A stretch of 63,396 nucleotides of DNA, the filler included, from Choristocarpus tenellus KU-1152 (lineage: Eukaryota; Protista; Phaeophyceae): NCBI GenBank assembly GCA_964200185.2. It is 13 parts of 13 records of this genome, joined end to end, with 100 filler letters (N's around TTAATTAATTAA, not from the genome) between each part and the next. Parts side by side here need not be neighbours in the genome. Positions count along the whole stretch, not along the records: positions 32,429 to 39,540 come from CAXNAD020006677.1; positions 39,641 to 43,909 come from CAXNAD020015372.1; positions 44,010 to 47,896 come from CAXNAD020017360.1; positions 47,997 to 57,735 come from CAXNAD020003441.1; 9 more parts are not named here. The stretch is one strand, 5' to 3'. Position 1 is the first letter of the stretch. Each line of letters opens with the position of its first letter. This document shows, piece after piece, positions 37,765 to 50,691 of the stretch. A program made the translations under genes and the position numbers. A model generated the notes under the pieces. It was not told where the DNA came from and did not search any database. It worked only from the letters and a program-made list of their open reading frames with translations.

Positions 37765-39862
37765 TCAAGATGTGCTTGTGTAGTCCACCACAAGGTCTCA
37801 CACCTGCAACAATATTTAAATGCGAACGTCTTCAGAAGTGGAGTGCAAGGACTGTAATAACAATGTGCTGTGTGTTTCTTGTCAATGGTTGAGGTGACCT
37901 AAATAGAGTTGATGGAGAGGAATCTGGCAAGGGGTGAACTTTTGTGTGGCATGATATGGTTGAGGGGATCAGCTTGCTTGCATTAATTTGAGCTGTGATT
38001 AAGAACAGACTGTAAAATAATCAGTCCTATTTGGTTCGTTGCCAGCGTTAATTCGTTGCAATCAAAAAGTAGTGACTCAGAGATATATTTTCCGATTGCA
38101 GCATTGTACTGTTCAACATTTTTTAGAACCTTGTGATGGGGGGATTGATGGAAACAACGTACATGGAGTAGCAGACGAATATGATGCCCCCTCCCATCCT
38201 TTCTTGTGATGGCTATTTTCGTTGTAAAGTGAGTATCAAAAGATCCCTCTGCTGTGACTCCCCACCAGCAGAGGGGCTCCTACTCTCCTCGAGGCGTTGT
38301 GCACTTCTCAACTGACCATCTTCAACTTTTCCAACGTCATCACGCACAGGGCTAAGTGATTAGTCTCAGTTTATTGGACTGAACTAGTCGAGTTTACTTG
38401 AATCGACAGTTGCAGCTATTACGCCAACGGTATTGATGGAACTTATGCTGGCCTTGTTCAGACACTGTGCTGTACTTCAAAAAAGGAGGTTGATATCTGT
38501 CATTATATTGAGATGCGATGATACATTGAGTCAAAACTCAGGGTCATTGCCTCTGTGTTGTAGTGGAATCTCAACATCTTCTCGAAATCGGGGGGCCAGG
38601 GCACTGCCTACTCTGTGCTTAGTCTGTGGACCCAGCCTACTCTCTGAACTCTCTCCTCAGTTGTAATTATTCACTTTCCACCCCTACAGGACATCACACC
38701 CATCGTGTCCTATTTTTACACTCCCACAGTAGGAAGTCAGGAGAGCAATCCAGCTGAAGGTTTGAGCCAACAACCTCTGATGTACCAAGGTGTTGAAATA
38801 CCACCACCTCACTAGTCCTTGAGACAAACAGGTCCTGCGGGGTAGGTTCATGTCATCGCCTTGAGACATGAGAGGTTGTGGGCTCAACCTTGAGCTCAAC
38901 CTATCTCCCGACTCTACACCACTGGGGGAGGATTAAAATATGTGTGATGTGTCCTGGGGTGGGGGGCTGAAGGTACGATGTAAAGACTTGAGGTGAACTG
39001 GGCAGGGACTTGTTGGGTGATAGTCCATGGGTTGTGAGCCAAGCAGTGTCTTTATATGAGATAGTGTTAGTAGCTATCGCCTCGGGGGTATATAGTATGA
39101 TTCCTCTTATGTCTTGAATGACTGGGGGTGCTTTGGATCGGGGCCGGATCTTTATGGTGTTTATTGCGAAGGGCTTTGAAGTATCATGTTGAACTCGAGG
39201 CTGAAAAGTTCGTTGGTGAGAGGGTTTAGATATCCAATCCAGCGAGATTTTCCGACGGGGATTAGGACGCGTGCTGAAATGAAAGGAAGATTTCTCGTTG
39301 TTGTTGTTGTTGTTGTTGTTGTTGTCTTGTTTAAAATATGTTGAATTGAGAAACAAATCCGTTGTGTTAAAAAAACGCATAAAAGGAACGCCATCTGTGG
39401 TTCGTCGTGAGAAAATAAGATTCATTGCATAAAAGGATTAGTGTGTTTGTTCATTGTTCTTCCTCTTAGTCATGCAAGTTAGGAGCCAGTTGGTTAGCTG
39501 CGAAGGGTTGTTCTTGAGGGTGTAGGCAAATCATGGGGGGNNNNNNNNNNNNNNNNNNNNNNNNNNNNNNNNNNNNNNNNNNNNTTAATTAATTAANNNN
39601 NNNNNNNNNNNNNNNNNNNNNNNNNNNNNNNNNNNNNNNNCCCCCCCAGATACTTCTGGCTTCTGAACCCCCTCACATTCTCAGAAAAGATGCAGAGCTA
39701 TCTTCTACCATTCTTGTGAGGGCATGGCAAGTAGTTGACTCAGGTCTGTACTGGACACTCTACATGCATTTGAGACGAAGTTGGAGGAAGTAGTTTGAAG
39801 TAAGATTGGAAAAAAATAATGGTGGTCCAATGTAGGGAGAATAAAGAGGTGATACAACCTAC

Positions 39863-42800
39863 CCTCGAGTCAGAGCCTCACCATTCAGGAGACTCTTAGC
39901 CCTTGTCATCTCATCGAGAGCATGCTTTCTCTCCCAGTTTCCCCTCCGGTTGAGCCACCAAGAGATACCTGCATCTATCTTGCCTGTCACTGAATCCACC
40001 CTTGCCTCCCAAGAAGTCACTGAAAGATTTACTGCCCCAGACTCTTTCCTTGTAAGACCTTTGTGTGATACTGCTTTTGGTGATACCAGTACTGACCCTT
40101 CTGAAACCGAAGATGACTCTAGCTCTCCTTGAATCCCAAGGACTCTGTTCCAACAACAATTTGGTTTGTTCCTGGGCTCTGCTCTATTGTCTACACCAAG
40201 GTCTCTCCCTTCTGGAAGACCTTCCCAAGACCCCACCTGCAAAGTTGGCACCAGTTTTATTCCTTGAATCAACAGTGATTCATCTTTAGAAATTAACAGA
40301 GAGTGGTTTGAGAAAGCGAATATACCTCCCTCTTCTCCCTGGTCCATTGTTTTATTCGGTTTGCCTTGCACTGAGCTCATCCAGACCTCGCTCAGAGACA
40401 TGGACGCTTTGGCCCTGTATTCTAAGATCTCTCGTGCATTCCCTACTCCACTCACACTTTGCTTGGGGTTAACATTTCTCGGAATTTCCAAGTGCTTAAA
40501 AGACCACAAGAGAGACAGTGCAGGAGAAAGCCAGCCTGATTTCCCATCCTTCCCATCGTCAGAGTTGGAGTGGGTATTGCTTGAAGGAGCTGAAGTTACA
40601 CCCTTTGTGTTGCCCTCCACAGAGGAAGAGTAGGTTGAGAAATTCGAGCACTGTCCAACTCTAATGTGAAGGTTGCCCTCACCATTACATCCATTTAATG
40701 TGCTACTCGCCCTGCTCTTGGTGGGCCTCAAGCATCGCAAAAAGATACCACCGACCGACACTTTGGCTGATACAGGCAGCAACACAGGGTGTACTTGACA
40801 CCCTACATCACTATTCCAACTTTGCATGTCAGATATTGTAGCCTCTATCCCAGCATTTGAATCAGAGGTTGAAGTTGGATGGTCTTCCTGATTGAGCCCG
40901 TTGGTGGCTTGTTCCTTATTCTCACCAGTTCTGTACTGATCCCTGTTACTGCCATGCCCGCGGATCAGGGCCTTGACTGCCTCATTGGTGAGTCCGGCAT
41001 TGACAACCTTCAGCTGCTCAATGGTCTCGAGGTTGGTGTAAACTTCAACTGACTTGCAATCCAGCGACACGTCTAACAGTCTAGACAGCTCCAAGTGCCT
41101 ACGCAGTACGCTGGGAAGGGAAAATGGTGGGTGGTCAATAGGGTTTTTGGCATGCTTATGTAGGATGTGGAGATGAGGGTTATGGTTAGGGTAAGGAGTT
41201 AGGGATGCTGTGGTAGTCATGAAACCAGACTACTTGTGATGTTCTTCATCAACCTCAGTTCCGTGGGCATCCAATAATATTAAGAATACGTAAATCACAA
41301 AAACATTGCCCCACTGGCTCCAACATGAACAATACTTCTTGGGCATTGCAACATTCTTTTCATGCTCATTTTAATGCCCTCATTGGTAGTGTTTTTTGTA
41401 CTAGTCAACTTGTAGCTTTGATTGAAAAATGCACCCAACCCTAGTAGCCAGCCCCCTGACTGATCTTCTGGAATGAGTGCAGTTCTAACCTCTTGGCCTT
41501 ACACACCAATGTGATGTTCGTTACTTTTTTCTTTTCATCAAAGGAAAGCTTCTGTCGTGAACAACATTGCCTGTGAGCCTATATTCATATAGGGGTCAAG
41601 AACCCAATTTCAGGGTCGTACCTTTTTTCCAAGCAATTGTCAAATACTTAAGTACATGTGGACTGATGCACATCTGTTTGGGTGTTGGTAAAGGGACAGT
41701 CGGCAGGCTTGCATTCGTAAACTACCAGAAACGTATTTCTACAATCAGAAACAACAGGCTGAACTATAATGTTATCTCAAAGAAACTCAATGAGCCCTAT
41801 ATGCCACCTCCCAAGGCCGTAAAATTTCAATGACTGCTGCCAAGTCAGATACTTTCGACCCCAATAGCAATAGTACCCCAATATCACTACTGGACGGGAG
41901 TTCTCACCCATCTTCTACATGGTTGATTTCAACATCGACATTTGCGACAAAATCCCTTACGCAAACTGCCATCCAGGACAAGGGACTGCGGATTCCTTCA
42001 TGATCGCTTCGCCCGTTCTGTCCCTCAGAAAATGTGACTGACACCTCGTGAACCTTGCCACATGCCTGTGCAACGAATGTTCAGATGGATAAAATCTGTG
42101 GTGGTATGTGACTGTGGGTGTAGGGATGTTTGTGTTTGTGTTTCTCTCTCACACACACTCTCTGCGTGCGTGTGCGTGTGCGTGTGCGTGCGTGTGTCAT
42201 TTTTTCTGTTTTTTGTTCGTGTACAATTTTCTCTTCTGATGCAGAGAAAAAAGAGGGATGCGGCAATGTGGAGGACCGTCAACTCGAAGATGTTTTTCTC
42301 ACCCTGAGCCGAGGAGGTTGTCCCGATTGCGACAGTACAATCTCTACGTCATGCACATCCACGATCGCTATGTGGTCACAGGATGTTGCCCTCTCGCCAC
42401 ACATGAACATTTGTTCGCCATCGTCTTCTAACTTTGCTGACTGTTGTTGCAAGGGATGTATCTCACGGGGGTAAGGGGTCGTGATTCTTCCATTTCTCAC
42501 CTCAACAACCACCAGACTCATGACCCATACGCTTGCAGGGCTAAGGGTTGGGAAATGGGTTGGTGTTGTCATCTTCTTACGGTCAACACGACCCTTTCCT
42601 GTTCGATCCTTTCCCGTTCGATCCCTTACTGGCAGAGTAACGTGTACTCCTGAGATGTAAATTGTTACTGGTCGTAGCTCACCCGGCCTGTGTACCACCT
42701 CGCTCAGCTTCAGTCCCAAGCACGCTACAGTTAACTTCATGCCGTCCGACCACCGAACTTCTATGTCATCTATTGCGAATCTAAGGATGTGGATAGCTCG

Positions 42801-43007
42801 GACGGTGATATCCATTGATAAAGCCCTTACTGTCCCCGAGATAGGTTTGTTGCAGGAGGTGGAGGTACTCCCTTCGCCTCCCTCAGGGGATGTACCAGTC
42901 CGAGTTCGAAGCACTCGCCGCAAGATGGCGGAGATTACAAAAGCGAGAACTCTTGGATGCAGCAAGACCCCGAAAAAGATTGTCCAGCAAAGACACCAGG
43001 TCATCAT
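39863..43007 (-). CDS. 5' part of a large N-terminally anchored, beta-rich protein, possibly BLTP2/SABRE/FMP27-like; exons 43007-42303, 42023-41908, 41110-39863
   Basis: Three phase-consistent exons (about 690 codons) encode an N-terminal hydrophobic helix followed by alternating beta-strand patterns. The family assignment is inferred from architecture only. Confidence 0.5.
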
Positions 43008-43616
43008 GTCTGGAAGAAGCATAGTTTGGCCAGATGCAAGATATGAAGGGCTTTATCCCGCCCGGCGGCCCAGAAAGGCTAGAGAAAGTCTCATCTACTC
43101 CCGTGCCTTAGTGACCTCGCACCGCTGCTATCTCTAGCAACTCGCTTCTCCGCCAGTGCGGTGAGGGGATGAATACGTCTTGTCGTTATTGTCCTTTGAA
43201 CCCTTGGCAAGTGCTAGATTCCACTTTGCAATATCAAAAACAACCAGCTGTAACCCTAATGCTGGAGCATATCTCATAGTTAGTGGTATGTACTATACAG
43301 AGTAAGGTGTGGGAATTTCTGTGGGTAGAAAGGCGACAGTTACGTACAATAGACGGAGGCGTTCTTCCACTTGAAGGATGGATATTTTCTTGCAAACGTA
43401 GCTGCAATCCATAATTTCTCCTCTTGTGCCCTAACACTATGAGAATATTGATAATATATATGCGCTGAGAAGATTGTTTAGCGCAGCTGCATCACAATTC
43501 CTGCCCCAAATTTCATGAACACCCCTCTCTCATCCCCATCATCTTCTGCTTTAGAAACGCTGAACTTGTGACACCACCAGTTACACTCTTCTCTTCTGTT
43601 CAACTCATACTAAATA

Positions 43617-43707
43617 ATGACTTTCAAGACCCTCTTCTTCATCGCCTTGGCCATGTGCCTGGCCCTGGGATCCGCTTTCATCGCGCCGACATCCTTTGCC
43701 ACCCAGC
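43617..43707 (+). CDS. first exon of a plastid-targeted protein (bipartite signal)
   Basis: MTFKTLFFIALAMCLALGSA-FIAPTSFATQ is a signal peptide with an ASAFAP-type cleavage motif, followed by a GTGAGT donor. Confidence 0.75.
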
Positions 43708-45079
43708 GTGAGTTAGTTGAGATACCTGATTCGCGATGAATCTCATCGATAGGGTTTTTCTGTGCATGAATGATACATGGCGTCTTGACTTGCATGCTGC
43801 ATTCCTATGTTTACTTCTCCCTGAGTTGCTATGTTCAGGAGGTTGAGGGCTATTTGCGCCTGCATACAGCCGACTCATGTCGGGTCGTGTTAGGTAGCAT
43901 GCGCATACGNNNNNNNNNNNNNNNNNNNNNNNNNNNNNNNNNNNNNNNNNNNNTTAATTAATTAANNNNNNNNNNNNNNNNNNNNNNNNNNNNNNNNNNN
44001 NNNNNNNNNCCGGTGATTCTCTTCGCCAGCCTTGCCTGAGTGAACCACGCCGCCACAGAATCACACGATTCACAATATATTTTATTACATTACTATGGCT
44101 ATGGCATTTTACATTTTGCATATGTGTCAGGTGAGAAATCAATGAAAACTATTCAACCAATAATGAAAACTATTTAACATGTCAGAAAAAACCCTAAAAA
44201 GGTAACAGTGGTGGTAAGTGTGAAAGACATTGATTTACTTTTTTACAATCAGCAATGCTGTACCACTGCCTTGCTGTGCCTTCAACCTAGCTTAGTCCTG
44301 GACCCTATGGTGAGGACCTATTCAAATGTTAGAACAACCCCTAAAAAAGTAAAAATTGTTGCAAATGTGAAAAAAAACATTTTTATTATCTTACCCTTTG
44401 ACATCTGTTTACTATTTGTAAATCTTATTATGCCCTCTCACATTTGAAGATGTGTCAGGGAAAAAGCCAACTCTATAATATCACAAGGATCCCTGTACAA
44501 GTAATACTTGTTGTAAATGTGAAAGGTATCTCTCCAAAATCTATCTTAACATATGACTACCAGCTATACCACACCACTACCATAAAAGCTCGTAATTACA
44601 ATGCTATGTGTACACTGCTGCTGTGCCTCCAACCTAGCTTAGTCCTACAGTACAGGGCGAGGAGCTAGGGAAGCACCCCCAGAATCTGACAGTCGCCACA
44701 ATAATACAAAGTGTCCAAAGGTATAATAATATATTTCATAATACAGGGGTCCTTCCGATATTGAATTAGCCTTTTCCCTAACACTTCCGGAAAATGTCAA
44801 AGAGCATAACAATATATGCTTGTAATATTGGTTTGGCTTTTTTCCTCACAAACTTTCAAAATCTTATAGGGCATATCACTGTATTATTAGTAATAATGGA
44901 ACACAGCCTGTTAGGTATAATTAGAGTTTGTGTAGTAGTACAATATTTGAAAACAAGAAAGTATAGACAACCACATCTTGAAACTGACTGTTCGTAGACT
45001 AGACTGACATGGAGAGGAGGGTGCTCCAGAAGCCAGGGAAGAATTCCACTTGTCGGTCAAGCCCCTTCTAGTCCACCAA

Positions 45080-45380
45080 CCTTGTGTCTCCAGTTCAAAA
45101 TATATGACACACCCAAACATTGCCGTTTGGCCGACGGGTACTGCCACAATAATATGTCGCTGGCAGAACCTTGCGGTGTCTATCTCTTCGAACTCAACTC
45201 CTACATGGTCGCTAGGTCATCCGCAAAATTGTCTGCATATATGACTATGGAGTCGCCCAACTCTTTCCACCGCGAAAGTGTTGAGGGTAAACCTACCAAG
45301 TCAAATCATCCCCTCGTAGTGGTTACGTATTCTGGGCTCGACTACACTACTACCGACGACACCGTTGTTTGCTGGTGATT
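45080..45380 (-). pseudogene. second, more decayed 3' fragment of the CRE-like LINE
   Basis: NGVVGSSVVEPRIRNHYEG...FTLNTFAVERVGRL...ADNFADDLAT aligns with the peptide from 33440-33600. Confidence 0.55.
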
Positions 45381-45927
45381 GTTGGAGGTGGTAGTCCCAT
45401 TGAATTGCACCTAGTCGCAGACATTCAGAAGCAAGACGATTTTCTTTATTCAGGTATTGACACCAGTGGCTTCATTAGAAGGTAGCTCGACACGGAATAT
45501 GGTATCATTACCCATACTACCCCTATACGTGAAAGTTCAAGAAACACCCCATCAGGTTTATGGATTATACAGTAATATTATAATAGAGAAGTTGGAACGA
45601 TGTGATAATGTATACTGAAACAACAGTGGACTAATATTATGTCGAAATAAAAAAGAATTGTAATAATGTGTAGTTCCTATCACCATGGATAAAGCTACTT
45701 AATATCTAAGTTAAAATCAAGAACACAAATATATTTTTTTTAAACTCCGAAAAAAGAAATCTTCAATGTCATTTTAAATATTGATAAAATAGAAAAATTG
45801 ATTTCTGTTAAGAGTATCACAGGATGTGGAAAATGGATATGGAGTAGGAGGAACCCGAGGATCCTCCGGGAACCCGCATATCCGCAGCAACGCCAACCTC
45901 CCTAAAGGGAATCAATACAATCAAACC

Positions 45928-47207
45928 ATGGCCATCACAAAGTACCAACGCTGGCCGTTCTGGATTAGACTCTTGCTAAGTCCCTTCCTCCTCGTCTTCT
46001 TTGCTGTCCGTGTGTACTTATTTTCGTGTGTGGGAGTATATTTTCACAAGGCCAGTCGGACATGTCTCAGGGTAATCCTGAGGTTGTGCTGTTGTGGACA
46101 CGGGCTTACCTTCAAGGATAAGGTACGAAAACCATGCGTGCAATGATATAGGCATACTCTAATGAATTGGTGTTTACCCATTGTTCATTACATTACAGAG
46201 AAAGGTGTAGAACTCCTACTTCACTCATGCATTGGAAGGACATCTTCACCTCGAAGTATTGGTCGTGATCAGCTTGTTGTGAATCCGCATTCTCTTTTCT
46301 TCAAGATTTATTCCGCCTTCTTCACGATACATAATATAACTTTTTCTTGCTCCATGTGTCGAAGAGCTTCCCTCCTGGTGATGATTCTCTTGGAGCAGAG
46401 CTGGAGGCGAAATTTGCGCGATCTGGTGGTATGGTGATGTGGAAACGGGCAGATGAGCTTATAGGCGACGGGGAAGAGATAAAACACTTCCACCTCTTCA
46501 GCAACGTGAGGCGTAGTTCCTGTTGGGAGGACATGCGAACTTTCAAAACTAAAGACCTTACTTTAAACAACAATCTCATCTCTCTGATCACAACAACTCG
46601 ACGCCATGTTCGAAACAACGAGCTCGATTGATCTATGTGATCTGTCCTTGGTATCGATGTACCCTAGTTTAGGGATGGAAGGACAGGTAGTGCTGCGCTT
46701 CTAGTGCGCACTGACTACTACTACTACCTCCTCGTCCCTTCTTGCGTCAAGAAATATACTACAAGCACGCCAAAGGATTTAACATGTTGTGCTCCCTTTC
46801 CTCATCTTGAATGATGTGTGAAAGTCAAACGGGTGCCAATTGCATCCGGAGATTTGCAGCCTGATAACTGAAAGGTTTTGTGTGGCTTAGGTTTCTTTCA
46901 TTGTAGGATATGGAAATTTTTCGATCTACCACGATACAAATAGTGGCGTCCTCCTCCCCTACAGCATGTTGGGATATCGACAGCAGGCTACATCTTTGGA
47001 AAGATTTATCCTCTCCTTCATTAGAGTAATTCAAAGTAACGCGTATTCATCACCAAAACCTGTTGTATGGTGTCAGGGTATCCATGCAGATGATGTCATG
47101 CAGGGGGCTGTGGGCGACTGCTGGCTGGTAGCCGCCATGTCCACCCTGGCCGCCAGCATGCCGGGCTCGGTAGCGAAGCTCTTTGTCAACAAGCAGTGGT
47201 CAACCAG
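45928..47207 (+). CDS. calpain-family cysteine protease with N-terminal transmembrane segment, 5' part; exons 45928-46122, 46365-46505, 47077-47207
   Basis: FKDK-SFPP..SLG...WKRA...LF..GIHADDVMQGAVGDCWLVAAMSTLA is the start of a CysPc domain with the catalytic Cys. Introns are GT-AG and phase-consistent. Confidence 0.9.
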
Positions 47208-47830
47208 GTTTGATTAATTCACATCTACGAACCACAACTATCGTCGGCCACATTTCAGAGTTACTCGAGATCGATTGAATAGTAATCTGGACAACCAATA
47301 TTGTGTCGGCTGATGACCTTGAAGTCGTTGTGTTGGTCTAAACGCGAAATGTTGTTGTATTGTCCTTCACACTACCTTCATATAACGCCTTCCCATATAC
47401 TCCTACCTCTCTGTTGACAGTGCAGTAAGAACGAGATTCGCAACCTCTTTTCATTTTGTTGGGAATTTGCAGTGCTGATTGGTCAATGCCACCTCCGATG
47501 CATCTGGGAAGGTATTTATAAGTGTGGCTGTAAGACCTTTTACCCTAAACCTTGAACCTCTTGTCCTTTGGTAAACATTACTAGTCAGAGTAAGGTGTAG
47601 CTATGCTCCGAGCAACCTTTATCGGTACATAATTCTTCCTTCGGCTTTCTACTAACTATACCATGGGCAACAGAGGTAATGATAAAGTTGACCTTAGCAA
47701 TAGTGATATCTGCAAACCTGACGCCGATGGACATTATCACGAGAGCAGAAATGTCACAACCCAATCCCTAACCCTTACTTTGACTTTGCACTATTTTGCA
47801 GAGGCAATAGGAACCACCTCGATCAAGATA

Positions 47831-47896
47831 GAGCCAAAGTATCTCAGAGGGTAGAGCCGCGTCCATTTGGGGGTCAAAATCCAATATTGCGATTTT
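47831..47896 (+). mobile_element. MITE family B, truncated at scaffold end
   Basis: GAGCCAAAGTATCTCAGAGGGTAG...AAATCCAATATTGCGATTTT matches 34012-34078. Confidence 0.8.
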
Positions 47897-48324
47897 NNNN
47901 NNNNNNNNNNNNNNNNNNNNNNNNNNNNNNNNNNNNNNNNTTAATTAATTAANNNNNNNNNNNNNNNNNNNNNNNNNNNNNNNNNNNNNNNNNNNNCCCT
48001 TCTCAATCCACACACGTCAGTCAAGTTGTGACCTTTCTATACCCCCCCTCCCCCCCCCTAAGGAGATCATCCAACTCAAAACCTCAATCATCCAACTCAA
48101 AACTCAATCAGGGTACCAAAAAAATACACAAAAAAATGTCAGACCCAATGACTCAGACGGTACATGTGAAAATTACCGACGATTGTCAATTATTGGGAAT
48201 TTCACCGGATAGTTTTATGACATAATAAGGTATACCACCAATGCACATATACATACATACACCTATTATGGTATGTACTCAACATCAATACCCCATACTG
48301 TGAGCAGTTTCTTTCGCAGTAGCA

Positions 48325-48525
48325 AGTTAGACAGTTAGTTACAAAGTTAGTTACAAAGTTAGTTACAGAGTTAGTTACAAAGTTAGTTACAAAGTTAGTT
48401 ACAAAGTTAGTTACAAAGTTAGTTACAGAGTTAGTTACGAAGTTAGTTACGAAGTTAGTTACATAGTTATAAAGTTAGTTATAAAGTTAGTTACAAAGTT
48501 AGTTACAAAGTTAGATATAAAGATA
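48325..48525. repeat. 12-bp minisatellite (AAAGTTAGTTAC)n
   Basis: About 15 copies, directly visible. Confidence 0.95.
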
Positions 48526-50691
48526 GTCATACTGCTCCTCCAACGCCGGAAATTATATTCTCATTTGGTACCTCAATCTGAACCGCCTACCTTACTACAA
48601 CACCACACCGCCTGTTCAATGTGACAAAAGTCATGACCTAACCCTAATCTCTAAAATAAAAAAAACACAGAAACAAAGAAACGCAGACAGAATTGGACAC
48701 ACGCTATTTAAAAAAAAAAATGACACCAAGACACAAAAAAAATGTTTTCAAAAAAAAAAAGAGAGGGAGGACAAAGGTGGAGGAGGCACGGAGCAAGGTT
48801 CAGGTCGAGATATCAGCATTTCCTTTGGAAGGCTTTCTTACCAACAATAACATGTCTAAATTACAAATCTAAATGAATCAAAATACTGCTCACACATCAC
48901 ACTCTATCCTTGAGTTAAGACGCCCATTGTGGACTCTCTTTTCCAAGAAGGCGTTGTTGGTGCTGTTTGTGAGCCCTGACCTACTATTTCTAAGAAAGAG
49001 GCAAACCAACCACTGTGATGCGCTTTACGCAGTACCCTCTCTTGGCAATGCTCCCCCTATATCTTTTTGGGGTATTTTTCTTAGGGTTATAGGGTTTATA
49101 AATCCAACCCTTACAAACCCTGGATTAGATTTTCAAAAAATATGAAAATATTGCCAAAAATAAATTTAGAAAAGGGGTGGGGGGGTACTACCGCCAGAGC
49201 ATCACACCGGCTCTATTATTATCACACCGGCTCTAATATTATTGCAGCTCGTTCATTTGGATTTTATCACCCACAGAGTAGATTTGGTTCATTTATGATA
49301 TATAATTCAAGACAACATTAGTATCACTTCTTTATTTAATACAGTTAAAAATGAATGATATTATTAACACCATCTGAAGGATGGAGATGAAATGAAAGTA
49401 AACAATTCAAACTCTTTTGAAGAAAAAAAAGAAACTGATGTTTAAAGGACATGGAAAAACAATTTATTGTTGATCATCCTACCTAAGTTGGAGAGAAGGA
49501 ACAGGGAGGACTGAGGTCACCCAGATAGGGAGGGCTGTCCTTGCTACCAAACACTCTTGTTGTTATCCTGTCATCCTACATAAGTCAATAACTCATTCGA
49601 CATTCATCACTAGTCTATTGTTTATTGGATACCAGCCTCCATGTACCTATTGGCAAACCTATCCATCTACTATACATAATAGAACCATCCCTATATATTG
49701 ACACTCCAGAGTCTTCTGCTACTGTTCTATGAGGTAAATCATATTGCTAAGGCGTTGTACAGAAAAATAACAATAAAAACATCGATTACGGTAATAATAA
49801 TTAACTTGAATAATAATAATAGTAACCATTAGTAAAAGTATCAAACAACAACATTAACAGTAGTAACACAATTACTACTAACAAAAATAATCAATCATTT
49901 TCTCCTCTAACAGTAGTCTCTTACTCCATATTCTTTCACACAAGAGTTCAAGCACATTCTTGACAACAGTCAACCAATCAAATGCCTACAACCTTTTTTC
50001 TTTTTTCTCAAGCAAAACAAACACGCCAAGAACTACCAAGATCATTCTTATAAAACCGAAATTTTATTAAATTTTATTAAATTCAGCAAGAAGTTGAAAA
50101 AAAAAATAACTCAAACAGCATCTGAAAAAAAATAGAATGAATCGATAACGCAAGTCAAACATCAACATCAACAAAAACTCAGGTAACCTAAACTTAAATC
50201 TTACCCACTCTTTCCAACAAGAAAGAAACCCATCAAGGAATACATACTACAAAAATTACAGTTAAAAGAAACTGATTGATCGCTTCACTACTACACAAGG
50301 CTACAAGGTTAAATAAAAGAAACTGATTGATCACTTCACTACTACACAAGGCTACAAGGTTAAAATAAACTGTATGAGGAGTATGAGGAGTATGAGGAGT
50401 ATGAGGAGTAGTAAACCACCCTCACTATCGGGATTGCACTCTGAAATAGTCCCAACAACACACATCTCTTCAAAAACCTTCGAACAAAAGCATCTTACAA
50501 AATGAGATGTACAACAGAGTTAACCCTAACCCTAACCCTAACCCTAAGCAACAAATTTCAAAAAAGAAAGAAAAAACCCCCACCCTTGAAGCAACTGAGT
50601 TGGATAGAACTGGCTCTTTATACATTCCACAAACCTAACCCTAACCCTAATCCACTCATTTTCAGACCCTAACCCTAACCCTCTAACCCAC

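Noticed and set aside
50521-50547. (CCCTAA)n as a true telomere
   Set aside because: Only about 4 units and internal to a scaffold, so it is an interstitial tract.
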